Assembly: GCA_963514005.1 (NCBI GenBank)
Contig: OY740788.1
Span: 88,164,001-88,228,000 of the forward strand
DNA length: 64,000 nucleotides
Reading direction: 5' to 3'
Origin: Raja brachyura
Taxonomy: Eukaryota
The notes under the pieces were generated by a model. The model ran no database searches. It saw nothing but the letters and a program-made list of their open reading frames with translations, and was not told the DNA's origin. This document shows positions 24,550-38,481 of the stretch, piece by piece (the stretch's first letter is position 1; every line of letters begins with the position of its first letter). A program made the translations under genes and the position numbers.

Positions 24550-26665
24550 ACATAGAAACATAGAAACATAGAAATTAGGTGCAGGAGTAGGCCATTCGGC
24601 CCTTCGAGCCTGCACCGCCATTCAATATGATCATGGCTGATCATCCAACTCAGTATCCCGTACCTGCCTTCTCTCCATACCCTCTGATCCCCTCAGCCAC
24701 AAGGGCCACATCTAATTCCCTCTTAAATACAGACAATGAACTGGCCTCAACTACCCTCTGTGGCAGAGAGTTCCAGAGACCCACCACTCTCTGTGTGAAA
24801 AAATTCATTCTCATCTCGGTCCTAAAGGATTTCCACCTTATCCTTAAGCTGTGACCCCTTGTCCTGGACCTCCCCAACATCGGGAACAATCTTCCTGCAT
24901 CTAGCCTGTCCAACCCCTTAAGAATCTTGTAAGTTTCTATAAGATCCCCTCTCAATCTCCTAAATTCTAGAGAGTATAAACCGAGTCTATGTAGTCTTTG
25001 TTCATAAGACAGTCCTGACATCCCAGGAATCAGTCTGGTGAAACTTCTCTGCACTCCCTCTATGGCAATAATGTCCTTCCTCAGATTTGGAGACCAGAAC
25101 TGTATGCAATACTCCAGGTGTGGCCTCACCAAGACCCTATACAACTGAAGTAGAACCTCCCTGCTCCTATACTCAAATCCATTTGCTATGAAAGCTAACA
25201 TACCATTGGCTTTCTTCACTGCCTGCTGTACCTGCATGCCTACTTTCAATGACTGGTGTACCATGACACCCAGATCGCGCTGCATCTCCCCTTTTCCTAA
25301 TCGGCCACCATTTAGATAGTAGTCGGTTTTCCTATTTTTGCCACCAAAGTGGATAACCTCACATTTATCCACATTATACTGCATCTGCCAAACATTTGCC
25401 CACTCACCCAGCCTATCCAAGTCACCTTGCATTCTCCTAGCATCCTCCTCACAGCTAACACTGCCCCCCAGCTTAGTGTCATCCGCAAACTTGGAGATAT
25501 TGCCTTCAATTCCCTCATCCAGATCATTTATGTATATTGTAAATAGCTGGGGTCCCAGCACTGAGCCTTGCGGTACCCCACTAGTCACTGCCTGCCATTG
25601 TGAAAACGACCCGTTAACTCCTACTCTTTGCTTCCTGTTTGCCAGCCAGTTCTCTATCCACATCAATACTGAACCCCCCAATGCCATATGCTTTAAGTTT
25701 ATATACTAATCGCTTATGTGGGACCTTGTCGAAAGCCTTCTGGAAGTCCAGATACACCACATCCACTGGTTCTCCCCCATCCACGCTACTAGTTACATCC
25801 TCGTAAAATTCCACAAGATTCGTCAGACATGATTTACCTTTCGTAAATCCATGCTGACTTTGTCCAATGATTTCACCACTTTCCGAATGTGCTTCTATCC
25901 CATCTTTAATAACTGACTCTAGCAGTTTCCCCACTACCGATGTTAGACTAACTGGTCTGTAATTCACCGTTTTCACTCTCCCCCCCTTCTTAAAAAGAGG
26001 GGTTACATTTGCTACCCGCCAATCCTCAGGAACTACTCCAGAATCTAAAGAGTTTTGAAAGATTATCACTAATGCATCGACTATTTCCGGAGCTACTTCC
26101 TTAAGTACTCTGGGATGCAGCCTATCTGGCCCTGGGGATTTATCGGCCTTTAATCCATTCAATTTACCCAACACCACTTACCGACTAACCTGGATTTCAC
26201 TCAAGTACTCCTTTGAAGATTATTTATGTCTTCCTTAGTGAAGATGGAACCAAAGTAGTTATTCAATTGGTCCGCCATATCCTTGTTCCCCATGATCAAC
26301 TCACCTGTTTCTGACTGCAAGGGACCTACATTTGTTTTAACTATCTATTTATCTATTTATCTATTTATCTATTTCTCTTCACATATCTATAAAAACTTTT
26401 CCAGTCAGTTTTTATGTTCCCTGTCAGTTTTCTTTCATAATCTATTTTTCCTTTCCTAATCAAGCCCTTTGTTCTTCTCTGCTGGTCTCTCAATTTCTCC
26501 CAGTCCTCTGGTATGCTGTTTTTCTGGCTACTTTGTACGCATCACCCTTTGCTTTGATACTATCCCTGATTTCCCTTGTTATCCACGGATGCACTACCTT
26601 CCCTGATCTATTCTTTGCCAAATTGGGATGAACAATTTTTGTAGTTCATCCATGCAGTCTTTAAA
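24550..26665 (-). mobile_element. CR1 LINE, 5'-truncated ORF2 (RT)
   Basis: ORFs 25614..26177 and 24650..25687 ([30 protein letters not shown]); (CATAGAAA)n tail at 24550. Confidence 0.92.
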
Positions 26666-27374
26666 CATCATCATCATCATCGGCAGTCACTCAAAACGAG
26701 TGTGACTGTCCTCTCCTCTCCACAGGGTCGTCTACTTGTGGGTCTGCAGATGCCAGCAGAGGCCGATCCGTGATCCACATGCATTGGTGCAACGTGGGCA
26801 GTGGAGACTGGCAGTGGTTGGTAGACGTCAAGCCTCATTCTCTCTCTCCTTACGGTGCTGTCGCCTTGTCTCTGCCACATGGCATAGTTCCATTTCGTGG
26901 CGTGCAGCTTCTTCATGCATGGATTTGCTCCAGGAACGTCTGCCTGTCCAGTGCAATGTGCTCCTAGTTATAACAATTACAGCACGGAAACAGCCCATCT
27001 CGGCCCTTCAAGTCCATGCCGAACAACTTTTTTCCCTTAGTCCCACCTGCCTGCACTCATACCATAACCCTCCATACCCTTCTCATCCATATGCCTATCC
27101 AATTTATTTTTAAATGATAGTTGCTCGATATGATGCGGAATTTCTTCAGCCTGTTCTTGAACACACAGAGTAATGAGTCATAGTCATACAGCACGGAAAC
27201 AGGGCGTGTAGGAAGGAACTGCAGATACTGGTTTAAACCGAAGATAGACACAAAATGCTGGAGTAACTAAATAGGTCAGGCAAGATCTCTGAAGAAAAGG
27301 AATAGGTGACGTTTCCGGTCGAGACCCTTCTTCAGATTGAGAGTGAGGGGAATGGGAAACGAGGAATATAGATG

Positions 27375-28130
27375 GTAGAAACATAGAAACATAGAAATTA
27401 GGTGCAGGAGTAGGCCATTCGGCCCTTCGAGCCTGCACCGCCATTCAATATGATCATGGCTGATCATCCAACTCAGTATCCCGTTCCTGCCTTCTCTCCA
27501 TACCCTCTGATCCCCTTAGCCACAAGGGCCACATCTAACTCACTCTTAAATATAGCCAATGAACTGGCCTCAACTACCCTCTGTGGCAGCGAGTTCCAGA
27601 GGCCTACCACTCTCTGTGTGAAAAAAGTCCTTCTCATCTCGGTCCTAAAGGATGTCCCCCTTATCCTTAAGCTGTGACCCCTTATCCTGGACCTCCCCAA
27701 CATCGGGAACAATATTCCTGCATCTAGCCTGTCCAACCCCTTAAGAATTTTGTAAGTTTCTATAAGATCCCCTCTCAATCTCCTAAATTCTAGAGAGTAT
27801 AAACCAAGTCTATGCAGTCTTTGTTTATAAGACAGTCCTGACATCCCAGGAATCAGTCTGGTGAACCTTCTCTGTACTCCCTCTATGGCAATAATGTTCT
27901 TCCTCAGATTTGGAGACCAGAACTGTACGCAATACTCCAGGTGTGGTCTCACCAAGACCCTATACAACTGAAGTAGAACCTCCCTGCTCCTATACTCAAA
28001 TCCTTTTGCTATGAAAGCTAACATACCATTCACTTTCTTCACAGCCTGCTGCACCTGCATGCCTACTTTCAATGACTGGTGTACCATGACACCCAGGTCG
28101 CGCTGCATCTCCCCTTTTCCTAATCGGCCT
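27375..28130 (-). mobile_element. CR1 LINE 3' fragment
   Basis: ORF 27473..28108, near-identical to the 24650 copy. Confidence 0.9.
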
Positions 28131-28644
28131 CCATGGTGATATGGAGAGATGTAGAACTAGGATCAGTCTAACCCATCTGTGCTGACCAAGATGCCCTATC
28201 TAAGCTAGTCACATTTGCCCATGTTTGCTCACATCCCTCAAACCCTTTCCTATATGTGTTTGTCCAAATGCCTTCTAAATGTTGAATTACACACGACTCA
28301 ACCACTTCCTCTGTCAGCATGTTCCATGTACAAAACACCACCCACAGGCCCTCTAGTTCCTATTAAATTATTCCTCTCTCACTTTAAACCTATGCTCTTG
28401 TTTTTGATTACCCTCCCCTGGGAAAAAGACTGTGCAATACGTTTGTTTATGTTGTAGAGAATGTGAGGGTGGGATGGAAAGGCCAAAGAGAATGTCTGTG
28501 ATGTGGAAAGACCAAATTGGTTGATGCGACAAGTTGGAAAGCGATGGTGCTTTCTTGTCTATATATGTGTTGCTGATAGCTGGGCAGGATGTACTAATGG
28601 AGAGAGAAAAGACCAAGACTCTGTCACAATTGGATGACTGGCAG

Positions 28645-30035
28645 AAATATAACCATATAACCATATAACAATTACAGCACGGAAACAGGCCTTCTCGGCC
28701 CTTCCAGTCCGTGCCGACCATTTATTTTCCCCTAGTCCCATCTACCTGCACTCAGACCATACCCCTCCATTCCCTTCCCGTCCATATACCTATCCACTTT
28801 ACTTTTAAATGTTAAAATCGATCCTGCCTCCACCACTTCTGCTGGAAGATCATTCCACACAGCCACCACTCTCTGAGTAAAGAAGTTCCCCCTCATGTTA
28901 CCCCTAAACTTCTGTCCCTTAATTCTCATGTCATGCCCTCTTGTTTGAATATTTCCCTACCCTCAATGGGAAAAGCTTATCCACGTCAACTCTGTCTATC
29001 CCTTTCATCATTTTAAAGACCTCAATCAAGTCCCCCCTTAACCTTCTGCACTCCAAAGAATAAAGACCTAACTTGTTCAACCTTTCTCTGTAACTTAGTT
29101 GCTGGAACCCAGGCAACATTCTAGTAAATCTCCTCTGTACTCTCTCTATTTTGTTGACATCCTTCCTATAATTAGGAAACCAAAATTGTACACCATACTC
29201 CAGAATTGGTCTCACCAATGCCTTGTACAATTTTAACATTACTTCCCTACTCCTATATTCAATGCTCTGATTTATAAAGGCCAGCACACCAAAAGCTTTC
29301 TTTACCTCCCTGTGATTCCACCTTCAGGGAACTATGCACAGTTATTCCTAGATCCCTCTGTTCCACAGCATTCCTCAATTCCCTACCATTTACCATGTAC
29401 GTCCTATTTTGATTTGTCCTGCCAAGATGTAGCACCTCACACTTATCAGCATTAAACTCCATCTGCCATCTTTCAGCCTACTCTTCCAAATGGCCCAAAT
29501 CTCTCTGTAGACTTTGAAAATCTACTTCATTATCCACAGCACCCCCTATCTTAGTATCATCTGCATACTTACTTATCCAATTTTCCACCCCATCATCTAG
29601 ATCATTGATGTACATGACAAACAACAGTGGACCCAACACAGATCCCTGAGGCACCCCAGTGGTCACTGGCTTCCAACCTGACAAACAGCCATCCACCATT
29701 ATTCTCTGGCATCTCTCATTCAGCCACTGTTGAATCCACCTTGCTACGCCGCCATTAACACCCAAAAATTGAACCTTCTTAACCAACCCTCCATGGGGAA
29801 CCTTGTCAAAGGCCTTACTGAAATCCATATAGACAACATCCACTGCTTTACCCTCATCAATGTCCCTAGTAACCTCTTCAAAAAATTCAAGAAGGTTTGT
29901 CAAACATGACCTTCCAGGCACAAATCCATGTTGACTGTTCTTGATCAGACCCTGTTTATCCAGATGCTTATATATATTATCTCTAAGTATCCTTTCCATT
30001 AATTTGCCCACCACTGACATCAAACTAACAGGTCT
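28645..30035 (-). mobile_element. CR1 LINE, second subfamily (RT; (TATATGGT)n tail)
   Basis: ORFs 29478..30023, 29259..29462, 28931..29287 ([12 protein letters not shown]). Confidence 0.88.
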
Positions 30036-30459
30036 AACAAACTAAATGGAGGGCACTTGCAGAACTTGCTGCTTCTAAGCTTCAACCCTGTATGATTCTA
30101 CACCTTGCTTTTCTAAGGGAATGTGGGAAAGCTCATTAATAATATGGGGCTGACAGGGATGGGAGATGAGGACAAGAGGAACCCTATCCTTGTTCTGGGA
30201 GGATGGAGGAGGAAAGAGAGCAGAAGTGTGAGACTTGTCAGCATAGTTTTTTTCACAAGCTTAGAGGAAAGAGATAGAGAGCTCGGTAATATGGTGTGAA
30301 GACCGCAACTTCTCCTTCATGGTCTGTGATGGTGATGAAGCTCTTGTCGATATTGCCTTCATTTAATTTACAGGAAGGATTTCATCAGGTTCTGAATATG
30401 TGAGCACACAAAATATGAGGTCACTTTGAAAGATAAGAGACAGAGAGCTTGCAAAATTG

Positions 30460-31442
30460 CCCAGTATACACCAATATTACTGAAGCATACAAAGTCCTCC
30501 CCCTCCCCCACCTGGGACAGTCTGCCCACCTCTCTCTGTCCCTGCTCCCCAAATACACACCTCTGATCAGACGTGTGAAACCTACTGTGAGGACAGTGAA
30601 GGTCTGGCCTGACGGGGCGGTCTCTGTTTTACAGGAACAGTTTCAGCAAACAGGCTGGAGTCACTTTGACCGGGACAACAAAACTCCAGCCATCAAAGTT
30701 GCTCCACCCCGAATGAACAACCCCTCAGTCTCTCCACCTCTGCTGTACAAGATGCACTGAGCAAGGTGAATGAGCACAAAGCTGCCGGCCCCGATGGCAT
30801 CCCCGGGCGGGTGCTCAGGGCATGTGTTGGACAACTATCCCTGGTCCTCACTGACATTTCCAATCTGTCACTGGCCCAGGGTGTCGTCCCCACTTGCCTC
30901 AAGACATCTACCATTGTGCCAGTGCCCAAACAATCAGCGACAGGGAGTCTCAACGACTTCCGGCCAGTGGCACTCACCCCTGTCATCGCCAAGTGCTTTG
31001 AGCGGCTGATCCTGGCTCACCTCAAAGCCAGCCTCCCCCACACACTGGACCCCCATCAATTTGCCTACCGGACAAACAGGTCTACAGAGGATGCCATATC
31101 GGCGGCCCTACACTCTGCCCTGACCCACCTGGACAGCAACAACACCTACATCAGGCTGCTGTTTATTGACTTCAGCTCCGCCTTTAACACTGTCATACCC
31201 GCTAGCTTGATCACCAAACTCAGCGGTCTTGGCATCTCCACCTCCCTCTGCAATTGGACACTGGATTTCCTCACTAACAGACCACAGTCTGTTAGGGTCA
31301 ACAACCTCACCTCCTCCACTATAACACTGAACACCGGCGTGCCACAGGGCTGTGTGCTCAGCCCTCTCCTCCACTCCCTCTTCACCCATGACTGCATCCC
31401 TAAGTATGGCTCCAACGCCATCATAAAATTTGCCGATGACAA
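30460..31442 (+). mobile_element. Rex1/Babar-type non-LTR retrotransposon RT fragment
   Basis: ORF 30766..31476: [55 protein letters not shown]. Confidence 0.85.
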
Positions 31443-31669
31443 TGCATGGATTTCCTCCAATGCAATGTGGTCCTAGTTGCTCGATATGATGCGGAATTTC
31501 TTCAGACTGTTCTTGAACACACAGAGTAATGAGTAAAGGTCATACAGCACGGAAACAGGGCGTGTAGGAAGGAACCGTAGATCTCAACTGTATATCTTTA
31601 GAAGCTCAAGAGTTAAAATGTACTTGCAGGTTCCTTCTTCTAACTATTATTGCAGTTGTATTTAAGCAA

Positions 31670-34600
31670 TGAGGAACACAAGGCTGACAAGGGACGTCAG
31701 GGACTATATACAAATAAAAGAGAAGCACAACGTAGCGAAGATCAGCGGGAAGCAAAAGGATTGGGTAATGTTTAAGGAGCAGCAGAAGATAAATATAAAG
31801 ATTATACGGGGAGAAAAGGTGAGATACGAAGGTAAGATAGCCAAGAATATAAAGGAGGATAGTAAAAGCTTCTTTAGGTATGTGAAGAGGAAAAAAATAT
31901 TTAAGACTAAAAAAGGTGAATTTATTATGGGGAACAAGGAAATGGCAGATGAGTTGAACAGGTAACATAGACGTAGAAACATAGAAAATAGGTGCAGGGG
32001 TAGGCCATTCGGCCCTTCAAGCCTGCACCGCCATTCAATATGATCATAGCTGATCATCCAACTCAGTATCCTGTACCTGCCTTCTCTCTATACCCCTGGA
32101 CCCCTTTGGCCACAAGGGCCACATCTAACTCCCTCTTAAATATAGCCAATGAAGTGGCTTCAACTACCTTCTGTGGCAGAGAATTCCACAGACTCACCAC
32201 ACTCTGTGTGAAAAATGTTTTTCTCATCTCGGTCCTAAAAGACTTCCCCCTTATCCTTAAACTGTGACCCCTTGTTCTGGACTTCCCCAACATCGGGAAC
32301 AATCTTCCTGCATCTAGCCTGTCCAACCCCTTAAGAATTTTTAAAGTGTCTATAAGATTCCCCCCTCAATCTTCTAAATTCCAGCGAGTACAAACCGAGT
32401 CTATCCAGTCTTTCTTCATATGGAAGTCCTGCCATCCCAGGAATCAGTCTGGTGAACCTTCTCTGTACTCCCTCTATGGCGAGACCAAAACTGTACGCAA
32501 TACTCCAGGTGAGGTCTCACCAAGACCCTGTATAACTGCAGTAGAACCTCCCTGCTCTTGTACTCAAATCCTTTGGCTATGAATGTTAACATACCATTCG
32601 CTTTCTTCACTGCCTGCTGCACCTGCATGCCTACTTTCAGTGACTGGTGTACCATGACACCCACGTCTCGTTGCATCTCCCCTTTTCCTAATCGGCCACC
32701 ATTCAGATAATAGACTACTTTCCTGTTTTTGCCATCAAAGTGGATAACCTCATATTTATCCACATTATACTGCATTTGCCATTCATTTACCCACTCACCC
32801 CGCCTATCCAAGTCATCTTGCAACCTCCTAGCATCGTCCTCACAGCTAACAATGCCCCCCAGCTTCATGTCATCCGCAAACTTAGAGATGTTGCATTCAA
32901 TTCAAATCATTAATATATATTGTAAATAGCTGTGGTCCCAGCACTGAGCCTTGCGGTACCCCACTAGTCACTGCCTGCCATTCTGAAAAGTACCCGTTTA
33001 CTCCTATTCTTTGCTTCCTGTCTGCCAGCCAGTTCTCTATCCACATCAATACTGGACCCCCAATACCGTGTGCTTTAAGTTTGTATACTAATCTCTTATG
33101 TGGAACCTTGTCGAAAGCCTTCTGAAAGTCTAAATATAACACATCCACTGGTTCTCCCTAAATTTGTTTTAACTAATCTCTTTCTCTTCACATATCTATA
33201 AAAACTTTTGCAGTCAGTTTTTAAATGCAGTTTTTATGTTCCCTGCCAATTTCCTTTCATAATCTATTTTCCCTTTCCTAATTAAGCCCTTTGTCCTCCT
33301 CTGCTGGATTCTGAATTTCTCCCAGTCCTCCGGTAGGCTGCTTTTTCTGGCTAATTTGTATGCTTCATCTTTTGTTTTGATACTATCCCTGATTTCCCTT
33401 GTTATCTACGGATGCACTACCTTCCCTGATTTATTCTTTTGCCAAACTGGGATGAACATTTTTTGTAGTTCATCCATGCAGTCTTTAAATGGCTTCTATT
33501 GCACATCCACCGTCAACCCTTTAAGAATCAATTGCCAGTCTATCTTGGCCAATTCACGTCTCATACCAACAAAGTTACCTTTCTTTAAGTTCAGAACCCT
33601 TGTTTCTGAATTAATTATGTCACTCTCCATCTTAATGAAGAACTCAACCATATTATGGTCACTCTTGCCCAAGGGGCCACGCACAACAAGGCTACTAACT
33701 AACCCTTCCTCATTACTCAATACCCAGTCTAGAATAGCCTGCTCTCTCGTTGGTTCCTCTACATGTTGGTTTAGAAAACTATCCCGCATACATTCCAAGA
33801 AATCCTCTTCCTCAGCACCCCTGCCAATTTGATTCACCCAATCTATATGTAGATTGAAGTCACCCATTATAACTGTTTTACCTTTGTTGCACGCATTTCT
33901 AATTTCCTGTTTGATGCCATCCCCAACTCCACTACTACTGTTAGGTGGCCTGTACACAACTCCCACTAGCGTTTTCTGCCCCTTAGTGTTTCGCAGCTCT
34001 ACCCATATCCAAGCTAATGTCCTTCCTTTCTGTTGCGTTAATCTCGTCTCTAACCAGCAACGCTACCCCACCTCCCTTTCCTTTCTGTCTATCCCTCCTG
34101 AATATTGAATATCCCTGGATGTTCAGCTGCCAGCCTTGGTCACCCTGGAGCCATGTCTCCGTGATCCGAACTATATCATAGTCATTAATAGCTATCTGCA
34201 CATTCAACTCATCCACCTTATTACGAATGCTCCTTGCATTGAGACACAAAGCCTTCAGGCTTGTTTTTACAACACTCTTACCCCTTATACAATTATGTTG
34301 AAAAGTGGCCCTTTTTGATTTTTGCCCTGGATTTATCTGCCTGCCACTTTTACTTTTCACCTTGCTACCTATTGCTTCTACCCTCATTTTACACCCCTCT
34401 GTCTCTCTGCTCACACATTTAAGAAATCCACTATCTCTTATTCTAGTTTAAAGTCTCCCCAGTAGCCTTTGCAAATCTCCCCGCCAGGATATTGGTCCCC
34501 CTCGGGTTCAAGTGCAACCCGTCCTTTTTGTACAGGTCATACCTTCCCCAAAAGAGGTCCCAATGATCCAGAATCTTGAATCCCTGCTCTCTGCACCAGT

Positions 34601-36350
34601 CCTTCAGCCACGCATTTATCCTCCACCTCGCTCCATTCCTACTCTCACTGTCGCGTGGCACAGGCAGTAATCCTGAGATTGTTACCTTTGCGGTCCTTCT
34701 CCTTAACTCTCCTCCTAACTCCCTAAATTCTCCTTTCAGGACCTCTTCGTCTTTTCTACCTATGTCATTGGTACCTATATGTACCACGACCTCAGGCTCC
34801 ACTCCCTCCCATTGCAGGATATGTTGGACACGTTCAGACACATCCCAGATCCTGGCACCAGGGAGGCAAACTACCATCCGGGTCTCCTGACTGCGTCCAC
34901 AGAATCGCCTATCTGACCCCTAACTATAGAGTCCGCTATTACTACTGCTATTACTATTCCCCTCCTCTTCTTATCCTTACCCTTTGGATCCGTCTTCACT
35001 AATGAAGACACAAACAATCTCCTGATGTACTAGTGGCCAGAGGATCTGGGGTGATGGAGGAACTGAACGAAATCCACATTTGGCAGAAAATGGTGTTGGG
35101 TAGACTGATGGGACTGAAGGCTGATGAATCCCCAGGACCTGATGCTCTGCATCCCAGGGTATTTAAGGAAGTGGCTCTAGAAATCGTGGACGCATTGGTG
35201 ATAATTTTCCAATGTTCGATAGATTCAGGATCAGTTCCTGAGGATTGAAGCGTAGCTAATGTTATCCCACTTTTGAAGAAAGGCGGGAGAGAGAAAACAG
35301 GGAATTATAGACCAGTTAGCCTGACATTGGTGGTGGGGAAGGTGCTGGAGTCAATTATAAAAGATGAGATAGTAGCACATTTGGATAGCAGTAACAGGAT
35401 CAGTCCGAGTCAACATGGATTTACGAAGGGGAAATCATCCTTGACTAGACTTCTGGAATTTTTTGAGGAAGATAGACAAGGGAGAGCCAGTGGATGTAGT
35501 GTACCTAGACATTCATAAAGCATTTGAGAAGGTCTCGCATAGGTGATTAGAGGGCAAATCTATGGCACATGGTATTGGGGGTAGAGTGCTGACATGGATA
35601 GAAAATTGGTTGGCAGACAGGAATCAAAGAGTAGGGATTAACATGTCCCTTTCACAATGGCAGGCAATGACTAGTGTGGTATTGCAAAGCTCGGTGCTGG
35701 GACCGCAGCTATTTACAATATACATCAATGATTTGGATGAAGGGATTCAAAGTAACATTAGCAAATTTGCAGATGACACAAAGCTGGGTGGCAATGTGAA
35801 CTGTGAGGAGGATGCTATGAGAATGCAGGGTGACTTGGACAGGTGGGTGAGTGGAGCATGGCAGTTTAATGTAGATAAATGTAAGGTTATCCACTTTGAT
35901 AGCAAAAACAGGAAGGTAGATTACTATCTAAATGATGTCAAGTTGGGAAAAGGGGAAGTACAACGGGATCTGGGGGTCCTTGTTCATCAGTCTATGGAAG
36001 TGAGAATGCAGGTACAGCAGGCAGTGAAGAAATTAAATGGCATGTTGGACTTTATAACACGATGAGTTGAGTATAAGCTCAAAGAGGTCCTTCTGCAGTT
36101 GTACAGGGCCCTAGTGAGACTACACCTGGAGTATTGTGTGCCGTTTTGGTCCCCTAATTTGAGGAAGGACATTCTTGCTATTGAGGGAGTGCAGCGTAGG
36201 TTTCTGAGGTTAATTCCAGAGATGGCAGAACGGACATATGCTGAGAGAATGGAGCGGCTGGGCTTGTGTACTCTGAAATTTAAAAGGATGAGAGAGGATC
36301 TTATTGAAACACATTATAGCTTTGGACATGCTAGAGGCAGGAAACATGGG
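31670..36350 (+). mobile_element. Older + strand CR1 ORF2 interrupted by a younger - strand CR1 (31965-34980)
   Basis: ..EMADELNR at 31963 continues as ..FGSVFT.ED.. near 34982; RT fragments in ORFs 35033-36416. Confidence 0.8.
31965..34980 (-). mobile_element. CR1 LINE with ORF1 SGNH-esterase domain, ORF2 APE endonuclease and internally deleted RT
   Basis: ORF 34443..34877 (CLPGA..HIGTND..DGLHLN); 33983..34414 (NARSI, ITETW); 33496..33966 (YRPP, GDFN, SDH); RT 32063-33148. Confidence 0.9.
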
Positions 36351-36614
36351 ACATTATTGTCATATGTCCCAGATAGAACAACATTCTTTATTTCATCAGC
36401 ACAACAGAATATGTAAACGTAGTATACTGTAAACAACATAATAAACGAGAAAAAAGGATCAGTGTGGGTCTATATACATGTATATCTGAAGAAGGGTTTT
36501 GACCTGAAACATCACGTCTGAAGAAGGGTCTCAATCTGAAAAATTACCCATTCATTCTCCCTAGTGATGCTGCCCGTTTGTTTCTATATACACACATATA
36601 TATACATACATATT

Positions 36615-37350
36615 ACTAAAAGTCTGATCTTGACCTCTTCCTGTTGTTCTGTATATTGATTTTCGATAAAACGCTGCCACATACGGCTGTGATTTTTGGC
36701 CATCTTACTCAGTCTCCATCCACTGTGCAGGACAAGAGGATTTTTCCCATTGATTAAAAATAAAATAATTATTAGTGTTTAAAAAATGTTGAGATTCTCT
36801 ACCCTGAAGGCCACGCCCCTTCCGGAGGGACTATAAAACCTGGAAGTGTTGAGTGCCTCAGTCAGTCTCTGCAAGGTGGGGGATCGAGAGGGTCATGTCT
36901 CTCAGTCTCAGCTGTGAATAACACTTTTATTCACAAGTGAATAAACACATGAATGAACACATGTCGACTAAACTGTGAATGTGGTTTTACTGACCTTGAG
37001 TGCCCTTAATGTGGTTTGAAAATGAAAATGTGGTTCCTTTGAAATGAAGGACAGCAAATGGATGTTGGTGGTGGTTGGTTTGAAATGGCAAATGATTAAA
37101 AGTCTAAACTTGACAACTTCCTGTTTGCACTGTATATTGATTTTAGATAAAACGCTACCACTTACGGCTGTGATTTTCAGCCATCTTACTCAACCCCCCT
37201 TGGCTCATCAGGAAACTGCACTTGAATTTGGTGGCCTTGCACCCTGCTTGAAGTGGTAGGAAACTGCATTTGAATTTGGTGGCCTTGCACCCTGCTTGAA
37301 ATGGAATTTCAAGGAATAGTTGTGAGTCAACTGCCAGCCCACCAGCCGTA
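36615..37350. repeat. Unclassified interspersed repeat with an internal ~95-bp direct repeat and a 48-bp tandem duplication
   Basis: 36618-36710 resembles 37096-37190; AGGAAACTGCA..CTGCTTGAA occurs twice at about 37209-37300. Confidence 0.55.
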
Positions 37351-37859
37351 TATATATACACACACACATAACAAACAATAATAATAGTGTAAAAAAACAG
37401 AATCAATGCCCCCAGGTCTATGTAGTTAAGAGCTTATTTGGAAGGTGTAGTGTTTAATGGTCTGCTAGCTGTCGGAAAGATGCTGCTTCTGAACCTAGAG
37501 GTCATGGATACAGCAGGATTTGGATCAGTCGGATATTTGGGCAGAGGGATGACAGATGGAGTTTAATCAAGACTTGTGTATGATGCTGCACTTCAGAGGT
37601 CAAATGTACCAGGAACAAATAAAGTAAATGGCAGAGATAGACACAAAGTGCTGGAGTAACTGAATGAATCAGGCAGCATCTCTGGAGAAAAAGGATGGGT
37701 GATGTTTTGGTTTGGGACCCTTCTTCAGATTGAAAGTAGGGCTATAAGAGGATCATTGATGTACACAGGTTTCTTGGGGTCCAAGTCCATAGCTCCCTGA
37801 AGGTGGCAACACAGTGGATAGGTGTTAAATAAGTTGTATGGTATACAGATAGAGAGCTT

Positions 37860-38480
37860 AGTAACATCCTAATTATATTTACCAGCGATCACCTGCTGGA
37901 AACCCAGCTACTTTTGCACCACTGCCAGGAGAAGGATCTGATCATAATTGTTTATAATTCATAGAAGCCACTGCCGCTCTCCAACTGGATTTACAGAGTC
38001 ATCCGATTGATAATCCTGACTTGTTCCTATTTACTGATGGCTCTTCACACCGACCTAGCAATGACAGATTATCAGCAGGCTATGCGGTGATTGTGCCACA
38101 CCAAGTGATGGAGGCATATGCTTTACCATATGGAATGACTGGTCAGGCAGCTGAGCTGCATACCCTGGCTCATGTCTGCATATTGGCAAAAATAAAAGTG
38201 CTAATATCCACACTGATTCTCGCTATGCGTTTGGGGTTGTACATGACTTTGGGCAGTTATGGAAAAATAGAGGATTCATCACATCAACGGGAAAGACCAT
38301 TAAGCATGATAAACTGTCTTAAATTTACTGGATACGATCCAATTGCGACAGCAGATCACAGTAATTAATTGTGAGGCTTATACATCGTTGGACAATGATG
38401 TATCCAATGGAAACAGGTCAGCTGATTATGTCACCAAACAGGTTGTCCTCAGGCAAACCCCGCAATTACAAGCAGCTAAA
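37860..38480 (+). mobile_element. Endogenous retrovirus pol remnant (connection plus RNase H), gamma/epsilon-like
   Basis: NPATF..DHNC, LFTDGSS..AGYAV..QAAEL, then frameshifted ANIHTDSRYAFGVVHDFGQLWKNRGF, and GNRSAD. Confidence 0.8.
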
Positions 38481-38481
38481 A

